In this document: piece after piece, positions 1-9,206 of the stretch
Layout of the letters: the number at the start of each line of letters is the position of its first letter
How positions within the stretch are numbered: position 1 is the stretch's first letter
Assembly: GCA_038237925.1 (NCBI GenBank)
Contig: JBBRYF010000010.1
Location: forward strand, 14,133-78,132
Reading direction: 5' to 3'
DNA: 64,000 nucleotides
DNA from: Gaiellales bacterium
GTDB lineage: Bacteria > Actinomycetota > Thermoleophilia > Gaiellales > Gaiellaceae
The notes under the pieces: generated by a model
The model's database searches: none
Told to the model about the DNA's origin: nothing
Seen by the model: only the letters and a program-made list of their open reading frames with translations
Program-made: the position numbers and the translations under genes

Positions 1-1
1 G

Positions 2-904
2 ATCGGCGCGATCGGGGAGCGCGAGCTGCTCGCGACGCTGCCGCTCGAGGGCTACCCCGGTGTCGAGCAGGTGCTGCCGATTTTGAAGCCGTACAAGCTC
101 GTCTCGCGCGAGGTCTCGCCCGACCCGACGGTGATCGAGGTCGACGGCCGCAAGATCGGCGACGAGTTTTTCGGTCTGATCGCGGGGCCGTGCACGGTCG
201 AGTACCGCGAGCAGACGCTCGAGACGGCGCGCGTGGTGGCCGAGGCGGGTGCGACCTGGCTGCGCGGCGGTGCGTTCAAGCCCCGCACCTCGCCCTACAC
301 CTTTCAAGGGCTGGGCGAGGACGCGCTGACGATCTTGCGCGAGGCCCGCGAGTTGACGGGCCTCCCGGTGGTGACGGAGCTGATGGACCCGCGCCACGTC
401 GAAGCGGTGCTCGATGCCGCCGACGTGATCCAGATCGGCGCGCGGAACATGCAGAACTTCATGCTCCTCGCCGAGGTCGGCCGCGCGGACAAGCCGGTGC
501 TGTTGAAGCGTGGCCCGTCGGCCTCGGTCGAGGAACTGCTGATGGCGGCGGAGTACGTTGCGCGCGAGGGAAACGAGCGGATCGTGCTCTGCGAGCGCGG
601 GATCAAGACGTTCGAGCGGACGACGCGCTACACGCTCGATCTCGGCTCGGTGGCGGTGTTGAAGCACGAGACGCACCTGCCGGTGATCGTCGATCCGTCC
701 CACGCCGCCGGCCGCCGCGACCTGGTGCTGCCGCTGGCCCGCGCGGCAGTGGCGGTGGGCGCGGACGGGATCATCGTCGAGTCGCATCCCGCGCCCGAGG
801 AGGCGCTCTGCGACGGGCCGCAGCAGATCCCGACCTCGGAGTTCGGCGAGTTCGCGCGCGAGGTGGGCAAGATCGTCGAGCTGCTCGGCAAGCAAATCGG
901 CTGA
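2..904 (+). CDS. aroF: 3-deoxy-7-phosphoheptulonate (DAHP) synthase, type I-beta, 5'-truncated by window edge
   Basis: Frame of ORF 71-904 stays open back to nt 2. Motifs [40 protein letters not shown] and VDPSH match the Thermotoga/Bacillus-type enzyme. The first residues look like the end of an N-terminal regulatory domain. Confidence 0.9.
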   Translation: MGAIGERELLATLPLEGYPGVEQVLPILKPYKLVSREVSPDPTVIEVDGRKIGDEFFGLIAGPCTVEYREQTLETARVVAEAGATWLRGGAFKPRTSPYTFQGLGEDALTILREARELTGLPVVTELMDPRHVEAVLDAADVIQIGARNMQNFMLLAEVGRADKPVLLKRGPSASVEELLMAAEYVAREGNERIVLCERGIKTFERTTRYTLDLGSVAVLKHETHLPVIVDPSHAAGRRDLVLPLARAAVAVGADGIIVESHPAPEEALCDGPQQIPTSEFGEFAREVGKIVELLGKQIG

Positions 905-980
905 GGCTCCGCTGCCTCTGGCCCCACGCGCCCGGTCGGCCGGTCGTCCGGGACACATCGCCACACCTCCGTCACACCCC

Positions 981-1016
981 CGTGACAGACACGTCACGCC
1001 TCCGCGTCTAGTCTGG
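981..1016 (+). promoter_or_regulatory. conserved 36-nt promoter-like block with phased GTCAC/GTGAC/GTCAC pentamers (971, 982, 993) and TAGTCT -10-like hexamer (1009-1014)
   Basis: 27/36 identical to 51160-51195, including a 14-nt identical run CGTGACAGACACGT. It is intergenic, upstream of tyrA. Confidence 0.45.
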
Positions 1017-1026
1017 GCTCATCCCC

Positions 1027-1050
1027 GGGTGGGTGGGGGTTAGGGATGGG
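1027..1050 (+). other. canonical G-quadruplex-forming motif GGGTGGGTGGGGGTTAGGGATGGG
   Basis: Five G3+ runs separated by 1-3 nt loops, on the coding strand between the promoter-like block and the tyrA start. Confidence 0.6.
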
Positions 1051-1101
1051 ACTTGCCTGTGGACGCCTGCCCGCGCGCGCCGCCGCGGTTAGCCTGGGCC
1101 G

Positions 1102-2194
1102 GTGGAGGTCAAGCGGCTCGGGATCATCGGCACCGGCCTGATCGGCGCCTCGGTCGGGCTCGCCGCCAAGCGGGCAGGCGTGGCGCGCGTCGACGGCTAC
1201 GACTTCTCCGAGACCGTGGCCGAGGCGGCCCGCGAGCGCGGCGCGATCGACGCCGTCCAGCTCTACGCAGAGGAGGTTCTCGCCGACTGCGAACTCGTCG
1301 TTGGCCGTGCCAGTCATCGCGTTGCGATCCGTGCTGTCCGACGCGTTCGACGTGACGGACGAGGTCACGGTCACCGACGTCGGCTCGACGAAGTCGAATC
1401 TCGGCGACGCGCTCAGCGAACCGAACTTCGTCGGCGGCCATCCCGTCACGGGCTCCGAGGCGCACGGCCCCGAGCACGCAACGGCCGATCTGTTCGACGA
1501 CGCGACCTGGTTCCTGACGCCCACGGCGCACACCGACCCCGAGCGCTACCGCCGCGTCCACAGCTTCGTCACGTCCGTCGGCGCGAATCCTGTCGCCATC
1601 GACCCCGAGGCGCATGACCGGCTGGTCGCGCTGACCAGCCACCTCCCGCACGCGCTCGCGAACCTGCTCGTCAACCAGGCCGGCGCCACGCGCGTCGAAG
1701 GGCACGAGCCGCTGGATGCCGCGGGTGGCTCGCTGCGCGACATGACCCGGGTGGCGGGCGCCAACCCGCGCATCTGGGTCGACATCTTCCTCGAGAACAC
1801 TCCCGCGCTGCGCGCTGCGCTTACGGAGCACCGCCGCCGCGTCGAACAACTGGAAGCGGCACTCGACGCACGTGACGCCGGGTTCATCGCGCGCTGGATC
1901 GGCGAGGCTGCAGGCAACCGCCGCCGGATGCTCGCCGATGCCTTCCCGGACCCCGGCGACCTGCACCAGCTCCGCGTCCATGTCCCCGACCGGCCGGGCG
2001 TTCTCGCCGGGATCACGCAAGCCCTCGGCGCGCAGCGGATCAACATCGAGGACTTCGAGCTCCACCACGTCTCGCCCGAGCGCGGCGGCACGCTGACGCT
2101 CCTCGTCACGGGCGCGGGCGAGGCTGAGCGGGCCGCAGCGCTGCTCGAGTCGCAGGGCTACGGCGTCGTCGTCTCCCCGGTGCTCGCGCAGTGA
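1102..2194 (+). pseudogene. tyrA: prephenate dehydrogenase with C-terminal ACT domain, reading frame broken near 1298-1301
   Basis: ORF 1102-1617 carries the Rossmann motif GIIGTGLIGAS and ends its sensible sequence at ...ADCELVV. ORF 1301-2194, in the +1 frame, continues LAVPVIA...DVGSTKS...GGHPVTGSE and an ACT-like tail. The two halves only make sense joined. Confidence 0.8.
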
Positions 2195-3471
2195 CGATCG
2201 AGCCGGCCGCGTCGCTGCGCGGTCACATCGCCGTCCCGGGAGACAAGTCGATCTCGCATCGCGCCGTCCTGCTCGGCGCGGTCGGCGAAGGCGAGACGTC
2301 GGTGCGCGGCTTCGGCCGCTCCCGCGACACCGAGGCGACCATCGCCGCGGTGCGCGCCCTCGGCGTCACCGTGCACGAGGACGAGGTCGACGCGCTCCGG
2401 ATCGAAGGCGCCGGCCTGCGCGGGCTGCGTGAGCCCGAAGGCGCGCTCGACTGCGGCAACTCCGGCACGACCCTGCGCCTGCTTCCCGGGATCCTCGCCG
2501 GCCAGGGTGGTCGCTTCGAGCTCACGGGCGACGAATCGCTGCGGCGGCGACCCGTCGACCGGATCGCCGAGCCGCTCGAGCAGATGGGCGCCAACGTCGA
2601 GAGCGACGACGGCAAGCCGCCGCTGGCGATCGAAGGCGGCGAGCTGCGGGGGATCCGCTACGAGCCGCCGGTCGCGAGCGCGCAGGTGAAGTCATGCGTC
2701 CTCCTCGCCGGCCTCTACGCGCAGGGACGCACGACCGTCGTCGAGCCGCTGCCGACCCGCGACCACACCGAGCTGATGCTGGCCGCGGCGGGCGTGAGCG
2801 TGACGCGCCAGCAACGCCGCGTCTCGGTGGGGCCGGCGGACCAGCTCCGCCTCGGGGAGGTCGTCGTCCCAGGCGACTTCTCGGCGGCCGCGCCGTTCGT
2901 CGTCGCGGCAACGCTGCTGCCGGGATCCGAGCTCACGATCCACGATGTCGGTCTCAACCCTCGGCGCATCGGACTGTTGGACGTGCTCGCCCGCATGGGC
3001 GCGCGCATCACGATCTTCCACAGGCACCGCAGCGGCGGCGAGCCGGTCGGCGACCTCGAGGTGCTTTCGGCCGAGCTCACGGCGACGGCCGTCACCGCCT
3101 CCGAGGTGCCGCTGCTGGTCGACGAGCTGCCGCTCTTCGCGCTCGCGGCCGCCTGCGCGCGTGGCGAGAGCACGGTCTGGGGCGCAGAAGAGCTGCGCGT
3201 CAAGGAGACGGACCGGATCGAGACCGTGACGAATTCGCTGCGGGCCCTCGGCGTGCGCGTCACGCCTCGAGACGACGGCTTCTGGGTCAGAGGTGTGCCG
3301 ACTCGCCCCAAGGGCGGCCGCATGACCTCGCACGGAGACCACCGGATCGCCATGCTCGGGGCGGTGGCAGGGCTCGTCTCACGCAACGGAGTCGACGTCG
3401 AGGACGCGGAGGCGGTCGCTGTAAGCTTCCCCGGGTTCTTCGAGCTGCTCGACTCGGTCACACAACGATGA
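2191..3471 (+). CDS. aroA: 3-phosphoshikimate 1-carboxyvinyltransferase (EPSP synthase)
   Basis: 426-aa ORF with LRGHIAVPGDKSISHRAVLL, DCGNSGTTLRLL and LRVKETDRI motifs. Its GTG overlaps the tyrA stop (GTGA). Confidence 0.95.
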   Translation: MTIEPAASLRGHIAVPGDKSISHRAVLLGAVGEGETSVRGFGRSRDTEATIAAVRALGVTVHEDEVDALRIEGAGLRGLREPEGALDCGNSGTTLRLLPGILAGQGGRFELTGDESLRRRPVDRIAEPLEQMGANVESDDGKPPLAIEGGELRGIRYEPPVASAQVKSCVLLAGLYAQGRTTVVEPLPTRDHTELMLAAAGVSVTRQQRRVSVGPADQLRLGEVVVPGDFSAAAPFVVAATLLPGSELTIHDVGLNPRRIGLLDVLARMGARITIFHRHRSGGEPVGDLEVLSAELTATAVTASEVPLLVDELPLFALAAACARGESTVWGAEELRVKETDRIETVTNSLRALGVRVTPRDDGFWVRGVPTRPKGGRMTSHGDHRIAMLGAVAGLVSRNGVDVEDAEAVAVSFPGFFELLDSVTQR

Positions 3472-4100
3472 TCGTCGCCATCGACGGGCCGGCGGGGGCC
3501 GGCAAGAGTACGGTCGCCCGGCGCCTGGCCGAGCGGCTGGGCTTTCGCTATCTCGACACCGGGGCGATGTACCGGGCGCTCACGTGGCTCGCGCGCCAGC
3601 GGGGCATCCCACTCGCGAACGGCGAGCAGCTCGGCGAGCTCGCGGCCGAGAACCCCGTCAGCTTCGACGAGCGCGGGCGCGTGGCGATTGCAGACACCGA
3701 CGTCACCTCCTCGATCCGCAAGCCCGAGATCGACAGCCTGGTGCCCGTCGTCGCGCGGCACCCCGCGGTGCGCCAGGTGATGCGCGCGCGCCAGCAGGAG
3801 CTCGCCGACGACGGCGACGTCGTGATCGAGGGCCGCGACATCGGCACCGTCGTCGCGCCGCAGGCCGCGGTCAAGGTCTACCTCAACGCCGATCGCTCGG
3901 TCCGCGCCAACCGGCGGCTCGCCGAGCGGCCGGAGATCGGCGCCGACGTGCTCGCGACCGACCTGCGCCTGCGCGACGAGAGCGACGCGGCGCGCATGCG
4001 CCCGGCCGAAGACGCCACGCTGATCGACACGACCGACCTGGATGTCGAAGACGTGGTCGCCCAGATCGAAGAGCTGGTCCGAGCGCGCCAGCCGGCGTGA
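3468..4100 (+). CDS. cmk: cytidylate kinase
   Basis: MIVAIDGPAGAGKSTVARRLAERLGFRYLDTGAMYRA. The ATG overlaps the aroA stop (ATGA at 3468-3471). Confidence 0.9.
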   Translation: MIVAIDGPAGAGKSTVARRLAERLGFRYLDTGAMYRALTWLARQRGIPLANGEQLGELAAENPVSFDERGRVAIADTDVTSSIRKPEIDSLVPVVARHPAVRQVMRARQQELADDGDVVIEGRDIGTVVAPQAAVKVYLNADRSVRANRRLAERPEIGADVLATDLRLRDESDAARMRPAEDATLIDTTDLDVEDVVAQIEELVRARQPA

Positions 4101-4104
4101 CGCC

Positions 4105-5412
4105 GTGGCCGATGAGCTCTCCGGGACCGTGGCTGTCGTCGGCTTTCCGAATGTCGGCAAGTCGACGCTCGTCAACCGGCTGACGGAGTCGCGGGCCGCG
4201 GTCGTGCACGAGACCCCGGGCGTGACTCGCGATCGCAAGGAGCTCGTGGCCGACTGGAACGGCCGGCGTTTCCGGCTGATCGACACGGGCGGCGTCGACA
4301 TCGCCGACGAGACGCCGATCACGCGCTCGATCGCCGACCAAGCGCGAGCCGCGATCGCCGAGGCCGACCTGATCCTGTTCGTCGTCGACACGCGCGCCGG
4401 GATCACGCCCGGCGACGAGGAGCTGGCAGCGATCCTCCGCCGCGCGCACAAGCCCGTGCTGCTGCTCGCGAACAAGATCGACGACCCGGACCAGGATCTG
4501 CTCGCGCTCGAGTTCCACCGGCTCGGGCTCGGCGACCCGGTGCCACTCTCGGCCCAGCACGGCCACGGCACGGGCGACCTGCTGGACGCGGTCGTCTCGA
4601 TGCTGCCCGGGAGCGGCCCGCAGGAGGCAGGCGAGGAGGCGATCCGCGTCGCGATCCTCGGCCGGCCGAACGTCGGCAAGTCGAGCTTGCTGAACGCCCT
4701 CCTTGGCGAGGAGCGGGTGATCGTCTCCGAGGTGCCGGGCACGACGCGCGACGCGATCGACACCGTGCTTCAGCGCGGCGACCGCACGTTCGTGCTCGTC
4801 GACACGGCCGGCATCCGCCGCAAGCGCAAGCAGCGGCAGGGAATCGAGTACTACTCGGAGTTGCGCGCGCTCGCCGCCGCGGAGCGCGCCGACGTCGCGC
4901 TCGTGCTCGTCGACTCGAGCGAAGGGCTCGTCGACCAGGACCTCTCCGTCGCCGACATCGCGCGCAAGGCGCAGTCCTCGACGATCGTCGTCCTCTCGAA
5001 GTGGGACCTCACGGAGACGAAGATCGAGGAAGTGCGGCCGCGGCTCGAGGCGCAGCTACGGCAGCGCCCGCCGGTCGTGACCGTCTCGGCGACCACCGGC
5101 CGAGGAATCTCGCGGCTGCTCGATCACATCGAAGCGCTGTTCGAAAAGCACATCAACCGAATCGGCACCGGCGAGCTGAACCGATTCCTCGCCGAGCTGC
5201 GTGAGGCGCGCGAGCCGCCGTCGCGGAACGGCCGGCGGCTGAACCTGCTCTACGGGACGCAGGTGACCGTGCGTCCGCCGCGCTTCCGCTTCTTCGTCAA
5301 CGACCAGGGCCTGATCACGCGCGACTACGCCTACTGGATCGAGAACCAGCTCCGCGAGCGCTTCGAGCTCCAGGGCGTGCCGGTGTCGATCGACTTCGTG
5401 GGTCGCTCATGA
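4105..5412 (+). CDS. der: ribosome-associated GTPase Der/EngA (two GTPase domains)
   Basis: Two P-loops (GFPNVGKSTL and GRPNVGKSSL) plus a KH-like C-terminus. The start is taken as in-frame GTG 4105; the ORF track begins at 4042, so the start is uncertain. Confidence 0.9.
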   Translation: MADELSGTVAVVGFPNVGKSTLVNRLTESRAAVVHETPGVTRDRKELVADWNGRRFRLIDTGGVDIADETPITRSIADQARAAIAEADLILFVVDTRAGITPGDEELAAILRRAHKPVLLLANKIDDPDQDLLALEFHRLGLGDPVPLSAQHGHGTGDLLDAVVSMLPGSGPQEAGEEAIRVAILGRPNVGKSSLLNALLGEERVIVSEVPGTTRDAIDTVLQRGDRTFVLVDTAGIRRKRKQRQGIEYYSELRALAAAERADVALVLVDSSEGLVDQDLSVADIARKAQSSTIVVLSKWDLTETKIEEVRPRLEAQLRQRPPVVTVSATTGRGISRLLDHIEALFEKHINRIGTGELNRFLAELREAREPPSRNGRRLNLLYGTQVTVRPPRFRFFVNDQGLITRDYAYWIENQLRERFELQGVPVSIDFVGRS

Positions 5413-5432
5413 GACGACGCTTGCGTCGTCTC
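5411..5432 (+). terminator. hairpin immediately after der stop
   Basis: GAGACGACGC-TT-GCGTCGTCTC has 10-nt complementary arms. No clear U-tract follows. Confidence 0.45.
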
Positions 5433-5437
5433 CTTCA

Positions 5438-5464
5438 GGCTGGGCGGGCTTTGCCCGCTCAGCC
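5438..5464 (+). terminator. second hairpin downstream of der
   Basis: GGCTGGGCGGGC-TTT-GCCCGCTCAGCC forms a 12-bp stem with one G-U pair. Confidence 0.45.
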
Positions 5465-5509
5465 GTCTGAAATGACCGGTCGTCACCTTGTCCGTGAGAG
5501 CCTCGGCGC

Positions 5510-6463
5510 ATGAGGGCGGCGGTCGTCGGAGCCGGCGCATGGGGCACGGCGTTCGCGTGCGTGCTGGCCGCGCGCGGCCACGACGTCACGCTGGCCACGC
5601 GCGACCCCGAGCAGGCGCGAGCGATCGAGGAGACGGGCCGCAACCCTCGCTACCTGTCGAACGTCGACCTCACCGGCGTCTCGGCGACCACCGTCGACGA
5701 TCCCACGCTCGCCGGGGCCGACCTGCACGTGGTGGCGGTCCCGAGCCAGGCGTTCGGCGAGGTCGTGCGCTCGCTGCCCGGCGCCGCGCCGGTTCTGTCC
5801 CTGACGAAGGGCCTCGACCCAGAGAGCGGCGGCCGGCTCTCGCAGCTGATCGAGCGACGGGCGGTCGCGGTGCTCTCGGGCCCGAACTTCGCCGAGGAGA
5901 TCGCGCAGGGCCTTCCTGCCGCGGCGGTGATCGCCAGCGTCGACGCCAAGCTTGCCGAGGAGCTCCAGCGCGCGGTCAACTCCCTCGCCTTCCGCGTCTA
6001 CGTCAACGACGACCTGGTCGGGGTCGAGCTCTGCGCGGCTGCAAAGAACGTGATCGCGCTCGCGGCGGGCGGCGTCGACGGCCTCGGCCTTGGCGACAAC
6101 GCGAAGGCGGCGCTGATCGCTCGCGGCCTCGCCGAGATGGCGCGGCTCGGGGAGGCATGCGGCGCACGGGCCGAGACGTTCTTCGGCCTCGCCGGGATGG
6201 GTGATCTGAGCGTCACCTGCTGGAGCCGGCTCGGCCGTAACCGGCAGGCGGGCGAGCTGATCGCGCAGGGGGCGTCACCCGACGACGCGGCCGCACGGAT
6301 AGGTACCGTTGAAGGCCTTACGACCGCTCCTGTCCTACGGGATCTCTCACGCCGCCTCGGGACCGAGCTACCCATCACCGAGGGGGTGTGCCACGTGCTT
6401 GACGGGCAGGATTTGAACGACTTAGCTGCAAGTTTGATGGGCCGCCAGCCAACCCGGGAGTAA
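5510..6463 (+). CDS. gpsA: NAD(P)H-dependent glycerol-3-phosphate dehydrogenase
   Basis: 317 aa with [17 protein letters not shown] and [12 protein letters not shown] motifs. Confidence 0.92.
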   Translation: MRAAVVGAGAWGTAFACVLAARGHDVTLATRDPEQARAIEETGRNPRYLSNVDLTGVSATTVDDPTLAGADLHVVAVPSQAFGEVVRSLPGAAPVLSLTKGLDPESGGRLSQLIERRAVAVLSGPNFAEEIAQGLPAAAVIASVDAKLAEELQRAVNSLAFRVYVNDDLVGVELCAAAKNVIALAAGGVDGLGLGDNAKAALIARGLAEMARLGEACGARAETFFGLAGMGDLSVTCWSRLGRNRQAGELIAQGASPDDAAARIGTVEGLTTAPVLRDLSRRLGTELPITEGVCHVLDGQDLNDLAASLMGRQPTRE

Positions 6464-6465
6464 CC

Positions 6466-7947
6466 ATGCCGCCGCGCCGCTATCTCACAGCCTCCTTGCT
6501 CGCGCTGATCGTCCTGCTCGCCGCCGGGTGCGGCAGCAAGTCGAGCACCCCGAGCGCCGGCGGCGGGTCGACTCCCGAGGGCGCGAGCATGGTCCGCGCC
6601 GGCGTGATCGGCTTCGTGTCGATCGACAGCGATCTCGGCTCGAGCCAGTGGCAGAAGCTGGACACGCTCGCGCAGAAGTTCCCGGGCCGCGACCAGGCTG
6701 TCGCGATGCTGAACCAGCAGCTCACCAAGCAGGGCGTCGACTACGCGAAGGACGTCAAGCCTGCCCTCGGCCCCGAGGTCGACTGGGCGTTCGTGAGCGG
6801 CGGCAGCTCCTCGTCGACGAAGGCGGTCGGGCTGACCAAGCCGGCCGACCCGGCCAAGTTCAAGGCACTCGTTGCGAAGCTGAACGCCAGCAGCTCCTCG
6901 GGCCGCAAGGTCGTCTACCAAGAAGTCGGCGGCTGGTACGCGCTCTCGGACAGCCAGAGCGCGATCTCCGGCGTGCTCAAGGGCAACCGCCCTGCGCTCG
7001 CAGACGACGGCACGTTCAAGCAGGCGCTCGAGAAGCTCCCGGGCGACGCTCTGGTGAGAGCCTTCGTGGACGGCCAGCGCGTGAACGCGCTCGTCACGCA
7101 GGCCGCCTCCGCGAGCGGCGCAGGCTTCGACACCTCCTCGCTCGGCCTCGACTCGCTGAAGTACGTGGCCACCTCGGTGAGCGCCGAGGACGCGGGCGTC
7201 CGCATTCGCGGCGCGTCCAGCGGCGGGCCCGGCGGCAACGGCGACTTCAGCTCGAAGCTCGAGGGCGGCGTCCCCGGCGACGCTTTCGCCTTCCTCGACT
7301 TCAGCGGCAAGAGCACGGGCGACCAGCTGAACAAGCTGAAGTCGAACCCCACGCTCGGCGCGGGTCTCGCTCAGATGGAGAAGCAGCTCGGCGTGACTCT
7401 CGATCAGCTGGTCTCGCTCCTGAGCGGCGAAATCGCCTTCTACGCGCGGCCGGGCGCAGGCATCCCCGAGTTCACGCTCGTGCTCCAGGAGAGCGACCAG
7501 AGCGCCGCGCTCGCGACGCTCGACAAGCTGGCGACGCATCTCGCGCAGGCGACCGGCGGCCACGTCGAGACGGGCAGGCAGGGCGGCCACGCCGTCAAGA
7601 CGATCAACCTCGGCCAGTTCGCGATCCACTACGCCGGAATCGGCGACAAGCTGCTGCTGACGAGCGGCGTGAGCGGGATCGCCGACTACGGCTCCGGCGA
7701 CCACCTCCCGGACAGCGCGGACTTCAAGGAGGCCCAGAGCGCGGCCGGGATGCCGAGCTCGACAGCCGGCTTCTTGTACGTCGACCTGAAGAACGCGCTG
7801 CCGCTGATCGAGGGCTTCGCATCGCTCTCGGGGCAGAACCTGCCGAGCAACGTGACCGAGAACCTGAGGCCGGTGCGCTCGTTCCTCGCCTGGTCGCAGG
7901 GGTCGGCGAGCGCGCGGAGCTTCGACGCGTTCGTCGAGATCAAGTAG
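6466..7947 (+). CDS. putative lipoprotein (DUF3352-like), function unknown
   Basis: 493-aa ORF with a signal peptide and lipobox LLAAGC followed by a Ser/Gly linker. The family assignment is from memory only. Confidence 0.6.
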   Translation: MPPRRYLTASLLALIVLLAAGCGSKSSTPSAGGGSTPEGASMVRAGVIGFVSIDSDLGSSQWQKLDTLAQKFPGRDQAVAMLNQQLTKQGVDYAKDVKPALGPEVDWAFVSGGSSSSTKAVGLTKPADPAKFKALVAKLNASSSSGRKVVYQEVGGWYALSDSQSAISGVLKGNRPALADDGTFKQALEKLPGDALVRAFVDGQRVNALVTQAASASGAGFDTSSLGLDSLKYVATSVSAEDAGVRIRGASSGGPGGNGDFSSKLEGGVPGDAFAFLDFSGKSTGDQLNKLKSNPTLGAGLAQMEKQLGVTLDQLVSLLSGEIAFYARPGAGIPEFTLVLQESDQSAALATLDKLATHLAQATGGHVETGRQGGHAVKTINLGQFAIHYAGIGDKLLLTSGVSGIADYGSGDHLPDSADFKEAQSAAGMPSSTAGFLYVDLKNALPLIEGFASLSGQNLPSNVTENLRPVRSFLAWSQGSASARSFDAFVEIK

Positions 7948-7961
7948 CCTTGCCCGCCGGT

Positions 7962-9206
7962 ATGGCGGCACGCGAATTCCTCTTCACCTCGGAGTCGGTC
8001 ACCGAGGGCCACCCGGACAAGGTGGCGGACCAGATCTCGGATGCGGTCCTCGACGCCGTCCTCGCCGACGACGCCAATGGGCGCGTCGCGTGCGAGACCC
8101 TGATCACCACGGGGCTCGTCGTCGTCGCGGGCGAGATCACCACCGAGACGTACGTGGACATCCCGGCGCTCGTGCGCAAGAAGATCGCCGAGATCGGCTA
8201 CACGCACTCCGAGTGGGGCTTCGACGCGCACACGTGCGGTGTCGTGGTCGCGCTCGACGAGCAGTCGCCCGACATCGCGCAGGGCGTCGACGCGTCGTAC
8301 GAGACCCAGCACGACCCCGCTGACGACGACCCGCTCGACCGGGTCGGCGCCGGGGACCAGGGGATGATGTTCGGCTACGCGAGCAACGAGACGCCGGAGC
8401 TGATGCCGCTTCCGATCATGCTCGCGCACAAGATCTGCAAGCGGCTCGCCGAGGTGCGCAAGGCCGGCGACCTGCCCTACCTGCGGCCCGACGGCAAGGC
8501 CCAGGTAACCGTGCGCTACGAGGCCGACGACGACGGCAAGCAGACTCCGGTCGAGATCGAGCGGATCCTCGTCTCCACGCAGCACGCCGACGGCTGCGAC
8601 GCCGAGACGCTGATCAAGCCCGACCTCGTCGAGCGTGTGCTGCGCCCGATCCTGCCGCCCGGCCTCTACGACGAGTCCCGTCTCCAGAATCGCGACTTCG
8701 TCTACGTCAACCCGACCGGCAAGTTCGTGATCGGCGGGCCGATGGGCGACACGGGCCTAACCGGCCGCAAGATCATCGTCGACACCTACGGCGGCGCGGC
8801 GCGTCACGGCGGCGGGGCGTTCTCCGGCAAAGATCCGACGAAGGTCGACCGCTCGGCCGCGTACGCCGCTCGCTACGTGGCGAAGAACGTGGTCGCCGCG
8901 GAGCTCGCCGACCGCTGCGAGGTGAACGTCGCCTACGCGATCGGCGTCGCGTCTCCGGTGTCGGTCGCGGTGCGGACGTTCGGCACGGAGCGGATCCCCG
9001 TCGCGCAGATCGAGCAGCTGATCGCCGAGCACTTCGACCTCCGCCCGGCGGCGATCCTGCACGACCTCGACCTGCGTCGCCCGATCTATGCGAAGACCGC
9101 GTCGTACGGCCACTTCGGCCGCGAGGACGCCGACTTCACGTGGGAGCGGACGGACAAGGCCGACACGCTTCGCCAGGCTGCGGGCATCGCGGCCTCGATC
9201 GCCTAG
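7962..9206 (+). CDS. metK: S-adenosylmethionine synthase
   Basis: [31 protein letters not shown]..., [34 protein letters not shown] 7962 lies inside the longer ORF 6528-9206. Confidence 0.95.
   Translation: MAAREFLFTSESVTEGHPDKVADQISDAVLDAVLADDANGRVACETLITTGLVVVAGEITTETYVDIPALVRKKIAEIGYTHSEWGFDAHTCGVVVALDEQSPDIAQGVDASYETQHDPADDDPLDRVGAGDQGMMFGYASNETPELMPLPIMLAHKICKRLAEVRKAGDLPYLRPDGKAQVTVRYEADDDGKQTPVEIERILVSTQHADGCDAETLIKPDLVERVLRPILPPGLYDESRLQNRDFVYVNPTGKFVIGGPMGDTGLTGRKIIVDTYGGAARHGGGAFSGKDPTKVDRSAAYAARYVAKNVVAAELADRCEVNVAYAIGVASPVSVAVRTFGTERIPVAQIEQLIAEHFDLRPAAILHDLDLRRPIYAKTASYGHFGREDADFTWERTDKADTLRQAAGIAASIA

Noticed and set aside
982-997. A CRP/GlxR-type site reading of GTGA-N8-TCAC.
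   Set aside because: The CRP-family consensus is TGTGA-N6-TCACA. Here the spacer is 8 nt, and the other two loci have direct rather than inverted pentamers.
1035-1050. The telomere-like GGGTTAGGG string.
   Set aside because: It is a single occurrence embedded in a G-run cluster in the middle of a bacterial operon junction. It is treated only as part of the G4 motif.
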